Assembly: GCA_029006735.1 (NCBI GenBank)
Contig: JAQXGN010000054.1
Coordinates: forward strand, 1,553 to 65,552
Reading direction: 5' to 3'
From: Bacillales bacterium
GTDB taxonomy: Bacteria; Bacillota_I; Bacilli_A; RFN20; CAG-449
Length of the DNA stretch: 64,000 nucleotides
The translations under genes were made by a program, and so were the position numbers. This document shows, piece by piece, positions 47,342 to 56,999 of the stretch. The first letter of the stretch is position 1. Each line of letters opens with the position of its first letter. The notes under the pieces are model-generated. The model worked only from the letters and a program-made list of their open reading frames with translations, was not told the DNA's origin and did no database searches.

Positions 47342-47342
47342 T

Positions 47343-47774
47343 ATGAATAAATATGTTAAAAAATTTTGTGTTAGAGGTCTTATTTTTTCTGGGTTAGGGC
47401 CAATTGTTTTAGCAATTATTTATTTTATTCTTCAAATGAATAATGTTGATTTTAAGATGACAGGATTTGAAGCCTGTTTAGGGATTGTTTCCACGTATAT
47501 TATTGCTTTTGTACATGCGGGAAGTTCGGTTTTCCCTCAAATCGAATCATGGGGAAAAGTTAAAGCAATGTTTTTTCAATTAATTTGTTTATATACTGTA
47601 TATACGGTGTTTTATTTGATTAATGGATGGATTAAATTTAATTATGTTGTATTTTTAATCTATACAGGATGTTTTATTCTTGGATTTTTGTTAATTTGGT
47701 TAATTGTATATTTATCATTAAATAAAGAAAAAGATAAATTAAATAAGCAATTAGAAAAAGTAAAAAACAAATAG
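47343..47774 (+). CDS. DUF3021-like small membrane protein
   Basis: Four predicted TM helices. It directly follows the LytTR gene, which is the usual LytTR-DUF3021 pairing. Confidence 0.55.
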   Translation: MNKYVKKFCVRGLIFSGLGPIVLAIIYFILQMNNVDFKMTGFEACLGIVSTYIIAFVHAGSSVFPQIESWGKVKAMFFQLICLYTVYTVFYLINGWIKFNYVVFLIYTGCFILGFLLIWLIVYLSLNKEKDKLNKQLEKVKNK

Positions 47775-47850
47775 ATTAATGATAAAATCATTATCTTTAT
47801 AAAATCTAATATCTTGAATTTGTCTATTTTTAAATTTACAATATTATTGT

Positions 47851-49122
47851 ATGGAAAATGTGGAGTATATTGTAAATTTTGCGACTAGATTAGGAAGGGA
47901 AATGCTCTCTTGTGGGGCAAACTTAGAGCGTGTCAATTTGACTATTGAAAGTATCTGTAAGCATTATGGAATTACTGACATTGGTCTTCACTCTTTGTCT
48001 GTTATGATTTCTTTATCTATTACTGATCAATATGGTAATAGTGCATCAAAGATTGTGAAAGTTCCTTCCCTTTCTTTAAATATGGAAAAATTAAAAGAAT
48101 TATCCGCATTAGCAAAGAAAGTTGCTCATGAAACTCCAAATGTTAAATGTTTAGATTCATTACTTGATGAAACGTTAAATAAAGTTAAAATACATCCAAA
48201 TTATGTTATTTATCTTGGCTATTTAATCGCAATGATGGCACTAGCGAGATTGTTTGGTGGATCATGGCAAGATATCATAGTTGCCTTATTAAATACTGCT
48301 TTATTAGTTGGCTTAAAATTACTATTTTCAAAGATAACTTTAAATAGAGTCATTACTAATTTTTTCAGCATGTTTTCTGTGGGGGTAATAGCTGGTTTGC
48401 TTTGTAAAGTTGGATTTGTTCAGAATTTTTATGTAGTAGTTTTAACTAATGCATTCTTTTTAATTCCAGGTATTCCAATGATTAATTCGGTTAGAAGTAT
48501 GATCTGTGGAAATGAGATGAATGGGCTAGTTGAATTGTTTAAAGTTATTATTGAATCGTTAACAATTGTTGCTGGTGTTGCTGCTAGTTATTTCTTATTT
48601 GAAAATCATATTTCATTAACATTAGAAAATGCTTTTCCACCACAAAATTTAACTAATATATGGGTATCATTAGAATTGATGCTTTTATCGTTTTTGGCGT
48701 CATTTGGATTTGGATTAACATTTAATATCAATTGGAAAGAAATATTTTATGCTAGTTTTGGTGCAGTATTAGTTAGACTTGTATATATTCTTTTACTTAT
48801 TGGAATTCCACAATACAGTTTTGTTGTTGTTCTTGTTTCGGCTTTTAGTGCAGACTTATTCTCAGAAATATTAGTTTTATTTAAAAAACGACCTGCAACA
48901 TATTATTTATATACATTTGTTATTCCATTAATTCCAGGTGATTTAGTTGCTTATTCTATGTTTGGTATTGTTTGGAATAATGGTATCTTATTTTCACAAA
49001 ATATTGTTGAGTGCTTAACATCATTATTAGGAATATCAGTTGGGTTTGTTCTTGCATCTGCAGTAATGCACTATGTTAGAAAAATAAAAATTGTTAAAGA
49101 GTTTAATAAAAAAATAAAATAA
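47851..49122 (+). CDS. threonine/serine exporter family protein (fused ThrE DUF1212 + DUF3815)
   Basis: N-terminal FATRLGREMLSCGANLERV motif and about 10 TM helices. Confidence 0.7.
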   Translation: MENVEYIVNFATRLGREMLSCGANLERVNLTIESICKHYGITDIGLHSLSVMISLSITDQYGNSASKIVKVPSLSLNMEKLKELSALAKKVAHETPNVKCLDSLLDETLNKVKIHPNYVIYLGYLIAMMALARLFGGSWQDIIVALLNTALLVGLKLLFSKITLNRVITNFFSMFSVGVIAGLLCKVGFVQNFYVVVLTNAFFLIPGIPMINSVRSMICGNEMNGLVELFKVIIESLTIVAGVAASYFLFENHISLTLENAFPPQNLTNIWVSLELMLLSFLASFGFGLTFNINWKEIFYASFGAVLVRLVYILLLIGIPQYSFVVVLVSAFSADLFSEILVLFKKRPATYYLYTFVIPLIPGDLVAYSMFGIVWNNGILFSQNIVECLTSLLGISVGFVLASAVMHYVRKIKIVKEFNKKIK

Positions 49123-49178
49123 TAGAGATTTAACGAAAAAAGCTAGTAGATAGTAACATCTATTAGCTTTTATTTTTT

Positions 49179-49835
49179 TTATCTATTATGATATACTTCT
49201 GTAATATTGATTGTTGAGAAATGTTTTAAATTATTTCCATTTACTAATATTAAATGAGACATGTCATCGGTGTTTATTCTTGAATCAATTACATTACCTT
49301 TTCCAATAAACATTTTGTACGAATTATCTAATCCGTAAGTAAATGCATTTAATTGTTCAATTGTTTTTTCAAATTCAGTTGATGCGCCTACTTGTGATAA
49401 TAATACAATTGCAATATTGTATTCTTTTGCAATTGACGCTAATTCTCTACATATCTCTTGAATATGATCTGTATCATCTAATATAATCTTCCCTTCATCA
49501 TTTACATAAGTGGCTTTTTTTAATAGATCAAGATAGTCAATATAAACTATATCAATGTTCTCTCTTTTTAATTCTATAGTCTTTTTAACAACATCAAGAT
49601 TTAATGCCATACTATCAATGATATTTAGGTTGAATAAATCTGACCAGGACATATTAAAGTGAGAAATCATTTTATTAAAAATAATAGATTGGAAATACTC
49701 ATAAGAAAAGAATAATACCTTTTTTCCTTCTTTTAATTTTTCTGAACAATCAAATATTGTAATTGTTGATTTCCCCATATCAGTTTTACCGGCGAGGATA
49801 GTTAAAAAACCTGGCTTTGATTTAATAATCTCCAT
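49179..49835 (-). CDS. stand-alone DnaB-helicase C-terminal (RecA-like) ATPase domain protein
   Basis: Walker A AGKTDMGKST, FFSYEY (compare DnaB SLEM), Walker B IVYIDYLDLL (compare IDYLQL), AIVLLSQV (compare ALSQL). No N-terminal DnaB domain. 218 aa. Confidence 0.6.
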   Translation of the reverse strand: MEIIKSKPGFLTILAGKTDMGKSTITIFDCSEKLKEGKKVLFFSYEYFQSIIFNKMISHFNMSWSDLFNLNIIDSMALNLDVVKKTIELKRENIDIVYIDYLDLLKKATYVNDEGKIILDDTDHIQEICRELASIAKEYNIAIVLLSQVGASTEFEKTIEQLNAFTYGLDNSYKMFIGKGNVIDSRINTDDMSHLILVNGNNLKHFSTINITEVYHNR

Positions 49836-50000
49836 ATAAATTTCTCCTTTGTGTATATTATAATTTTAATTGATTATAAAATCTTTTCAATGGGGAATTT
49901 GTTATAGGTCTAAAAAACATTATTTTAAAAAATATAATTTAGTTATTTATGGCAAATATAGTATCTAAATACTATAATAAAAAAAACAGGAGGTTTTTAA

Positions 50001-51032
50001 ATGATTAAATTTGATTTAGATTTATTTAAAAAAATTAGTGAAGACATTTTTATGTGTGATTCACCTACCGGTTATACTAAAAACGTAATTGATATAATTG
50101 AAAAATATATTAAGAGTTATGGATATGAGTATCAAGTATTAAATAATGGAGCACTTGAAGTTTCTATTAAAGGTAAAGACAGTTCTAAAGTTGTTGCTAC
50201 TTCGGCACATTGTGATACATTAGGCCTTATGGTTAGATCTATTAAAGGGAATGGCAATTTAGCATTAACAGCATTAGGGGGTCCAATTACTGCCACTCTT
50301 GATGGTGAATATTGTGTTGTTTATACTCGCGATGGAAAGAAATATAGTGGAACAGTATTATCAACTTCTCCTGCTGTTCATGTATTTAGCGATGCAAATA
50401 GTAAATCACGCTCAATTGATAATTTAGAAGTCAGATTAGATGAAGAAGTATCATCAAAAGAAGATGTCACTAAATTAGGTATTCAAAATGGTGATATTGT
50501 TTGTTATGACCCTAAATTTATAATTACTGAATCCGGTTTTTTAAAAACGAGATTTATTGATGATAAAGCTTCTGCAGTAATATTATTGATGTTATTAGAC
50601 TATACAAGCAAAAATCATATTGAATTCAAATATGATACAAAGATTTATTTTGTTGTTTATGAAGAAGTTGGTCATGGTGCCTCAATGGTAAATCCTTCTA
50701 TCGATGAATTTGTAACATTAGATATGGGATGTGTTGGATTAGATTTAGCTGGTAATGAATATGCTGTTTCTATTTGTGCAAAAGATTCTGGTGGGCCATA
50801 CGATTATGAATTAACAACTAGACTTATTAATTTAGCAAAAGACAATTCATTAAATTATACAGTTGATATTTTCCCTTATTATGGATCGGATGTTGGAGCT
50901 GCTTCTAGAGCAGGTGTCGATTTTAAGGGTGCATTAATCGGAACTGGTGTTAGTGCTTCACATGGTATGGAAAGAACTCATATTAAAGGCATTGAAAATA
51001 CATTAAAGTTAATTTATTTGTATTTATTATAA
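50001..51032 (+). CDS. M42-family metallopeptidase (glutamyl aminopeptidase / cellulase-like)
   Basis: SAHCDTLG, FIDDKAS and YEEVGHGAS metal-ligand motifs. 343 aa. Confidence 0.8.
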   Translation: MIKFDLDLFKKISEDIFMCDSPTGYTKNVIDIIEKYIKSYGYEYQVLNNGALEVSIKGKDSSKVVATSAHCDTLGLMVRSIKGNGNLALTALGGPITATLDGEYCVVYTRDGKKYSGTVLSTSPAVHVFSDANSKSRSIDNLEVRLDEEVSSKEDVTKLGIQNGDIVCYDPKFIITESGFLKTRFIDDKASAVILLMLLDYTSKNHIEFKYDTKIYFVVYEEVGHGASMVNPSIDEFVTLDMGCVGLDLAGNEYAVSICAKDSGGPYDYELTTRLINLAKDNSLNYTVDIFPYYGSDVGAASRAGVDFKGALIGTGVSASHGMERTHIKGIENTLKLIYLYLL

Positions 51033-51074
51033 TAATATACCAGTTTTAGCGTAAAATTAGAAGATATTGATATT

Positions 51075-51127
51075 TAAACAACTATTTTTATTACACAGAT
51101 AATGCAATAATAAATAGTTGTTTTTTT
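51075..51127 (+). terminator. rho-independent terminator
   Basis: 12-bp stem aaacaactattt / aaatagttgttt, then a T-run. Confidence 0.6.
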
Positions 51128-51358
51128 GTGCTATATTGACAAATATATTAATATATTATATAAATAATTTGGTTAATAAATTAACCAGTACTAATAAATC
51201 TCTATTATCAATTAATTAAAAATTATTGATTCTATAGAAGCAAATATAGTTTGAATAATAGGTCTTTAAATAATTGCTAATAAATTTTTATTAATATTTA
51301 AACAATGATTTTTCATTATTTAAATATTTATTAGTACTCCAAAATAAAGGAGAAAATA

Positions 51359-52423
51359 ATGATAAACGAAAAATTAAAAAACATTCCAGAGAGGATAGGA
51401 TACTCTTTTAGTAATCCTAATTTATTGGAACAAGCTTTTGTTCGTAGAACTTATTCTATGGAACATCCAGAAAAGATGCATAATGAAGTTCTTGAATTTA
51501 TTGGTGATAAAGCTCTTGATTTAGTTGTAATTGATGAGCTTATTTCATTTTTTAGTTATTTAAATGATAAAGGTGAATTTGTATGTAAAATTGATGAAGG
51601 TAAACTTACGGAAATCAAAAAGAGATTAGTTGATGAAGAGATGCTATCACATCGTATTGATATTTTAGGGTTTGCAGATCTATTAATTATGGGAAATGGT
51701 GATACTGTAAATAAAATTAATGAAAAGCCAGCAGTGAAATGCGATCTATTTGAATCAATTATTGGTGCAGTTACTATTGATTCAAATTGGGATTTTAGTG
51801 CAATCAAAAGAGTAGTGGATAAGATGTTAGATGTTAACTATTATCTTTTAAATGGTGAGGCATTGCAAGATAATAATTATATTGGCTTATTGCAAGAATG
51901 GTATCAAAAAAAATTTAAAGAATATCCAGTTTACGAGATTAAAGAGATTAATGACAAGAATAATAAAAAAACTTTTGTATGTGAATTAAACATCCCGGGA
52001 GTAAAAACTATTTTCCAAGGAGAGGGAGAAAATAAGCAAATTGCAAAAATACAGGTGGCACAGAAAGCTTATTCATATGTAACTAATCCTCCAGCTGAAA
52101 AAAAGAAAGAGAATCAAACAAAAGCTAAACCTTCCAATAAAAAAGAAAAGAAGAAAATAGATACATATTCTTTGGAGAATGCTATCTCTTGTTTAAATGA
52201 AATGGTTCAAAAAAAGAAGATAGATAAGGTTGTATATTCGTTCTCTTCTTTAAAAGAAAACAAAGTAATAACTTGGACATGCAAAGCTAAAGTAAAAGGA
52301 ATCAAAGGCACTTTTAGCGGAAAAGCGAGTGGTAAAACAGAAGCAAAGAAAAAAGCTGCATATGCATTATTACGTAGATTAAATAAATTAGAAGATAAGA
52401 AAGAAAATGATATAAAGAAATAG
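51359..52423 (+). CDS. RNase III-family protein with two dsRNA-binding domains
   Basis: Signature HNEVLEFIGDKAL and CDLFESIIGAV (catalytic acidic residues present). dsRBD1 spans about aa 172-240 (NYIGLLQEWYQKK...GEGENKQIAKIQVAQKAY). A Lys-rich linker follows, then dsRBD2 at about aa 270-342 (NAISCLNEMVQKK...GKASGKTEAKKKAAYALLRRL). Confidence 0.7.
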   Translation: MINEKLKNIPERIGYSFSNPNLLEQAFVRRTYSMEHPEKMHNEVLEFIGDKALDLVVIDELISFFSYLNDKGEFVCKIDEGKLTEIKKRLVDEEMLSHRIDILGFADLLIMGNGDTVNKINEKPAVKCDLFESIIGAVTIDSNWDFSAIKRVVDKMLDVNYYLLNGEALQDNNYIGLLQEWYQKKFKEYPVYEIKEINDKNNKKTFVCELNIPGVKTIFQGEGENKQIAKIQVAQKAYSYVTNPPAEKKKENQTKAKPSNKKEKKKIDTYSLENAISCLNEMVQKKKIDKVVYSFSSLKENKVITWTCKAKVKGIKGTFSGKASGKTEAKKKAAYALLRRLNKLEDKKENDIKK

Positions 52424-52492
52424 TATTTTATATACTATTCTTTTTCTTACAAAGGTGTATAATTGTATTTATATTTATTGAGGTGATTTTAA

Positions 52493-53662
52493 ATGGTTAA
52501 TTTATTAGCAAAATTATTCATAAAAAATTATAAAAATGTTGATGATGAGAAGGTGAGAACTCAATACGGAACTTTATGTGGTGGGTTCGGTATTATTACT
52601 AATTTAATTTTAGTAACGATAAAACTAATAATTGGTATTTTAAGTTTATCGATTTCTATTATTGCTGATGCGATTAATAATTTGTCTGATATGGGTAGTT
52701 CGATAATCACTATTATTGGGTTTAAGATTTCTAGTAAACCTGCAGATAAAAAACATCCATTCGGTCATCAAAGAGTAGAATATATAGTTGGACTGATTAT
52801 TTCTATGATTATTATTTTTGTAGGAATTGAACTTTTATCTCAATCTATTGGGAAGATTATTACACCAAGTGAGTTAGATACGTCATTATTGACTTATATA
52901 CTATTAGGAGTATCTATTTTACTAAAATTAATACAAGGATTATTTTATTTAAGTGCATCAAAGAAAATTAATTCAATTTCATTAAAAGCAAGTAGTAAAG
53001 ATTCTTTCAATGATATGATTTCTACTTCAGTAGTTTTAATTGGCGTTATTATTTCTCCATATATTGGTTATAATCTTGATGGTGTTTTAGGTGTTGCTGT
53101 TTCAATATTTATTATAGTAACCGCTTGTTTACTATTAAAAGATACAATGAGTCCATTAATTGGAGAAAAACCGGATCCAGAAATCATTTCATCAATAAAA
53201 GAATTCATCATGAATTATGAAGGTGTATTAGGAATTCATGATGTTGTTGCACATATATATGGACCAAGTAAGATTTTCATTACTCTTCATGTTGAGGTTG
53301 ATGCGAAAAGGAACATTCTTGAAACGCACGATATCATTGATAATATTGAACAAGATATTAAACAAAAGTTTGGAATAGAGATTACAATTCATATGGATCC
53401 AATTGAAATAGATGATGAAGAAAGAAAAAATGAAAAAGAAGCTGTCACAAAAATATTACGTGAAATAGATAATAATCTAAAATTTCATGATTTCAGATTA
53501 GTTAGAGGACCAACACATACTAATTTAATATTTGATGTTCTTGTACCATTTGAATATAAGATTCCTGATGAAGAATTAGTAAATATAATAAAACAAAAAG
53601 TAAGTGAAAATAATCCAATATATAGATGTGTCATTACAATTGATAAAGATTATATAGATTAA
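52493..53662 (+). CDS. cation diffusion facilitator (CDF) family transporter
   Basis: Six TM helices, ADAINNLSD and HPFGHQRVE motifs, and a C-terminal cytoplasmic domain. Confidence 0.8.
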   Translation: MVNLLAKLFIKNYKNVDDEKVRTQYGTLCGGFGIITNLILVTIKLIIGILSLSISIIADAINNLSDMGSSIITIIGFKISSKPADKKHPFGHQRVEYIVGLIISMIIIFVGIELLSQSIGKIITPSELDTSLLTYILLGVSILLKLIQGLFYLSASKKINSISLKASSKDSFNDMISTSVVLIGVIISPYIGYNLDGVLGVAVSIFIIVTACLLLKDTMSPLIGEKPDPEIISSIKEFIMNYEGVLGIHDVVAHIYGPSKIFITLHVEVDAKRNILETHDIIDNIEQDIKQKFGIEITIHMDPIEIDDEERKNEKEAVTKILREIDNNLKFHDFRLVRGPTHTNLIFDVLVPFEYKIPDEELVNIIKQKVSENNPIYRCVITIDKDYID

Positions 53663-53705
53663 ATAAAATAGATAGGTTTTAGCGTAAAAATAATATGCTA
53701 AAAAC

Positions 53706-54293
53706 CTATTTTTTATTATCTTTTTTAGATTTTAATGAACGGTAAAAAATCTTTGAGAGAACATTCGCGGTATCATTTATTGTACTTTCACAATCATTGC
53801 TGCAGAGCCAATATTTTATAGTTCCCCAAAAGCCAGAAAAAGTATATTCCGCGAGAACTTCATCATGATAATTATCTATATGAAAAAAGTTAAATATCGC
53901 TTTTTTAATCAGAAATCCCATTTTTCCAATATAGCCTGATAAGGCATCATCTTTTAATAGTGTTTTATAGAAATCTGCTTCAGAAGCAAGTAAATTTAAT
54001 AAAGCTTTGAATATGACGAATAGATATATAGAACGAACATGTTCTGGATCCATTATTAATCGAGTAGCGAATTCATTTAATTGAGACTCTTGTTTAATTA
54101 TTACGTTTTGTAAAAGATGTTCAATTAAATCATCCTTACTTTCATAATGTAAATAGAAAGTATTTCTATTTATTCTTGCTCTGGATGCAATCTCTGAAAC
54201 ACTGATAGAATTATAACTTTTCTCTTTTAATAATGAAACAAATGCAAATTTTATTGATTCTTTTGTTTTTATGGTTCTTAAGTCTTCTTTCAT
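53706..54293 (-). CDS. TetR/AcrR-family regulator (DhaS-like)
   Basis: The N-terminal HTH is IKFAFVSLLKEKSYNSISVSEIASRARINRNTFYLHYESKDDL. The start is taken at ATG 54293; the track uses TTG 54311. Divergent from the fakB operon. Confidence 0.8.
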   Translation of the reverse strand: MKEDLRTIKTKESIKFAFVSLLKEKSYNSISVSEIASRARINRNTFYLHYESKDDLIEHLLQNVIIKQESQLNEFATRLIMDPEHVRSIYLFVIFKALLNLLASEADFYKTLLKDDALSGYIGKMGFLIKKAIFNFFHIDNYHDEVLAEYTFSGFWGTIKYWLCSNDCESTINDTANVLSKIFYRSLKSKKDNKK

Positions 54294-54435
54294 ATTCTTT
54301 TTCCTTTGCAATAATATGCATTGTGCATAATAAGCGACACATGTCTATTTTTTGTTGTTTATATCGATTATTCTATATGGTAAAATATCATTCGTCAAGA
54401 CTTATAAGTCTTAATAACGAAAAGGAGATTTTATT

Positions 54436-55338
54436 ATGAAAGATTATGTTATTTTAACCGATTCAACATCTGATTTATCAAAAGAATTAAGAGATGAATT
54501 AAATGTTGATTATTGCCCTATGAATGTTGTTGTTAATGTAGGAAAAGATAAGGAAGAAGAAATTCCTGCAGATTTAGATTGGGGTAAATATTCTTTTCAT
54601 GATTTTTATAATTTGATGAGACAAGGTGTAAAAATGAAAACTACTGCAGTTCCTCAAAATGTTTTTGAAGAAAAATTTAAAAAAGCATTAGATGAAGGAA
54701 AAGATGTTTTATATATTGCTTGTTCAGGCGCATTATCTGGATCTATTAACATTGCTAGAATGATTGCAAAAGAATTACTTGAAAGTTATCCTGATTCAAA
54801 GATTATTTGTGTTGATTCTCTTGTTTCTTGTGCTGGTGAAGGTTTATTAGTAAAGAAAGCATCTGAATTAAGAAGTGAAGGAAAATCTATTGAAGAGGTT
54901 AGAGATTATCTTGAAGCAAATAAGTTAAAATACAATCAATTTGCTACAGTTGAAACTTTAACATATTTGAAAAATGCTGGAAGAATTAAAGCATCTAAAG
55001 CGTTCTTTGGTAATTTAATCGGCGTTAAACCAATTTTATTATCGGATAAGATTGGACAAAACTATGCATATATTAAAGTTAAGGGAAGAAGACCTTCTTT
55101 AGATAAAGTTGTAGAAGATACAAAGAATGCATTAGAAGATTTAAATAATGCAGAAATATGGATTACACATGCTGATTGCCAAAATGATGTAGATTACATT
55201 GTAGAAAAGATAAAGGCAGAAATTAATCCTTCTTCAATAAAAGTATTACCAATGGGACCAATTATTGGTGTTTCAACAGGACCTGGAACAATTGGTGTAT
55301 TCTTTGTTGGTAAAGAAGTAACAGTTGTAGGAGAATAA
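54436..55338 (+). CDS. fakB: DegV-family fatty-acid-binding protein (FakB-type)
   Basis: ILTDSTSDL N-terminus and overall DegV pattern. Adjacent to a DAK2/FakA-type gene. Confidence 0.8.
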   Translation: MKDYVILTDSTSDLSKELRDELNVDYCPMNVVVNVGKDKEEEIPADLDWGKYSFHDFYNLMRQGVKMKTTAVPQNVFEEKFKKALDEGKDVLYIACSGALSGSINIARMIAKELLESYPDSKIICVDSLVSCAGEGLLVKKASELRSEGKSIEEVRDYLEANKLKYNQFATVETLTYLKNAGRIKASKAFFGNLIGVKPILLSDKIGQNYAYIKVKGRRPSLDKVVEDTKNALEDLNNAEIWITHADCQNDVDYIVEKIKAEINPSSIKVLPMGPIIGVSTGPGTIGVFFVGKEVTVVGE

Positions 55339-55340
55339 TT

Positions 55341-56990
55341 ATGATTAGTAAAACTATTGATGGAAAATTATTTAAAGAATTCGTCATTAATGGTTGCCAA
55401 AATTTAAAAAATGATTGTGATAATGTTAATGCTTTAAATGTATTTCCTGTACCAGACGGAGATACAGGAACAAATATGAAACTCACAATTGAAGGTGGGG
55501 TACATATCTTAAATGGAGAAGATAGTGCTAATATAGGCGAAGTTTCTAAAAAAGTCTCAAAAGCTATGACGCTAAGCGCAAGAGGTAATTCAGGAGTAAT
55601 CTTATCTCAATTTTTTAAAGGTTTATCTAATGGCTTATCTAATATAGATGTTTCAAATGTAGAAGAATTTGCAAATGCTTTTTGTAAAGGTGTAGAACAA
55701 GCATATTCTGCTGTTCAAAACCCAACAGAAGGAACTATTTTAACTGTTATGCGAGAAGCAGGACAAACTGCAAAAAATATGATTAATGAAGAATCTACTT
55801 TAAACGATTATTTTAAATATTATTTAATCGAAGCAAATGCTTCATTACAAAGAACGCCAGAATTATTACCTTGCTTAAAAGAAGCTGGCGTTATTGATAG
55901 TGGTGGACAAGGATTTATCCGTATCATTGAAGGAATGGCAATGGTATTAGATGGTAATATTCTAGAATATACAGAAGCAAACAATAATCCTCAAACAATT
56001 ATTGACACCAATTTTAATGCAGATTCTGTTTTAGAATATGGATATTGCACAGAATTTATTCTTCAATTAATGAATGCGAAATGCGATCCAAATACATTTG
56101 ATGTAGGAACAATTATTTCCTATTTAGAAACAATCGGAAATTCTATTGTTGCATTCAAAGATGATACAATTATTAAAGTTCATGTTCATACTATGAATCC
56201 AGGATTAGCTTTAAATTATTGTCAACAATTCGGTGAATTTGTAACATTAAAGATTGAAAATATGTCAGTTCAACATAGTGATCTAAAAGAAAAAGTTGAA
56301 CCATTAAATAAAAAGAAAGAACATAAAAAATATGCTTTTGTTGCAGTTTCTCAAGGAGAAGGTATAACTGATACATTTGTTGAATTAGGAGTAGATGAAA
56401 TTGTATCTGGTGGACAAACAATGAATCCTTCTACAGAAGATTTTGTCAACGCATTTGATAAATTAGATGCAGAATATATTATTGTATTCCCTAATAATTC
56501 AAATATTATTATGGCAGCAAAACAGGCCGCAGAAAACTATTCAAAAGCAGATGTAAGGGTTATTAAAACAAAGTCAATTGCCGAATGTTATTCAGCATTA
56601 TCAATGCTTGATCTAAGCAGTGATGATATTGATGTAATTTGCGATAGTTTTAGCGAAGAAATCAATAATGTAACAACAGGACAAATCACATATTCTATTA
56701 GAGAAAGCGAAATAAATAATATTCATATTTCTAAAGATGATTATATTGCAATTGTTAACCATAATATTGTTTCTTCTAATGTTTCAAAAGTAGAAGTATT
56801 TAAACAAATGTGTCAAAAGATTGAAAATATGGAAAACAAATATGTAATGGTATTATTCTATGGTAAAGATATGCTAGAAGAAGAAAAAAATGATATTAGA
56901 GAATTCTTACAAGAAAACTATCCTTCATTAGAATTTGGTGAAATAGAAGGAAAACAAGATGTATATAGTATCATTGTTTCTGTTGAATAA
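55341..56990 (+). CDS. fakA: DAK2-domain protein (YloV / fatty acid kinase FakA-type)
   Basis: VFPVPDGDTGTNM and ARGNSGVILSQ Dak2 motifs. 549 aa, the same length class as FakA/YloV. Confidence 0.75.
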   Translation: MISKTIDGKLFKEFVINGCQNLKNDCDNVNALNVFPVPDGDTGTNMKLTIEGGVHILNGEDSANIGEVSKKVSKAMTLSARGNSGVILSQFFKGLSNGLSNIDVSNVEEFANAFCKGVEQAYSAVQNPTEGTILTVMREAGQTAKNMINEESTLNDYFKYYLIEANASLQRTPELLPCLKEAGVIDSGGQGFIRIIEGMAMVLDGNILEYTEANNNPQTIIDTNFNADSVLEYGYCTEFILQLMNAKCDPNTFDVGTIISYLETIGNSIVAFKDDTIIKVHVHTMNPGLALNYCQQFGEFVTLKIENMSVQHSDLKEKVEPLNKKKEHKKYAFVAVSQGEGITDTFVELGVDEIVSGGQTMNPSTEDFVNAFDKLDAEYIIVFPNNSNIIMAAKQAAENYSKADVRVIKTKSIAECYSALSMLDLSSDDIDVICDSFSEEINNVTTGQITYSIRESEINNIHISKDDYIAIVNHNIVSSNVSKVEVFKQMCQKIENMENKYVMVLFYGKDMLEEEKNDIREFLQENYPSLEFGEIEGKQDVYSIIVSVE

Positions 56991-56999
56991 GAGGACAAA

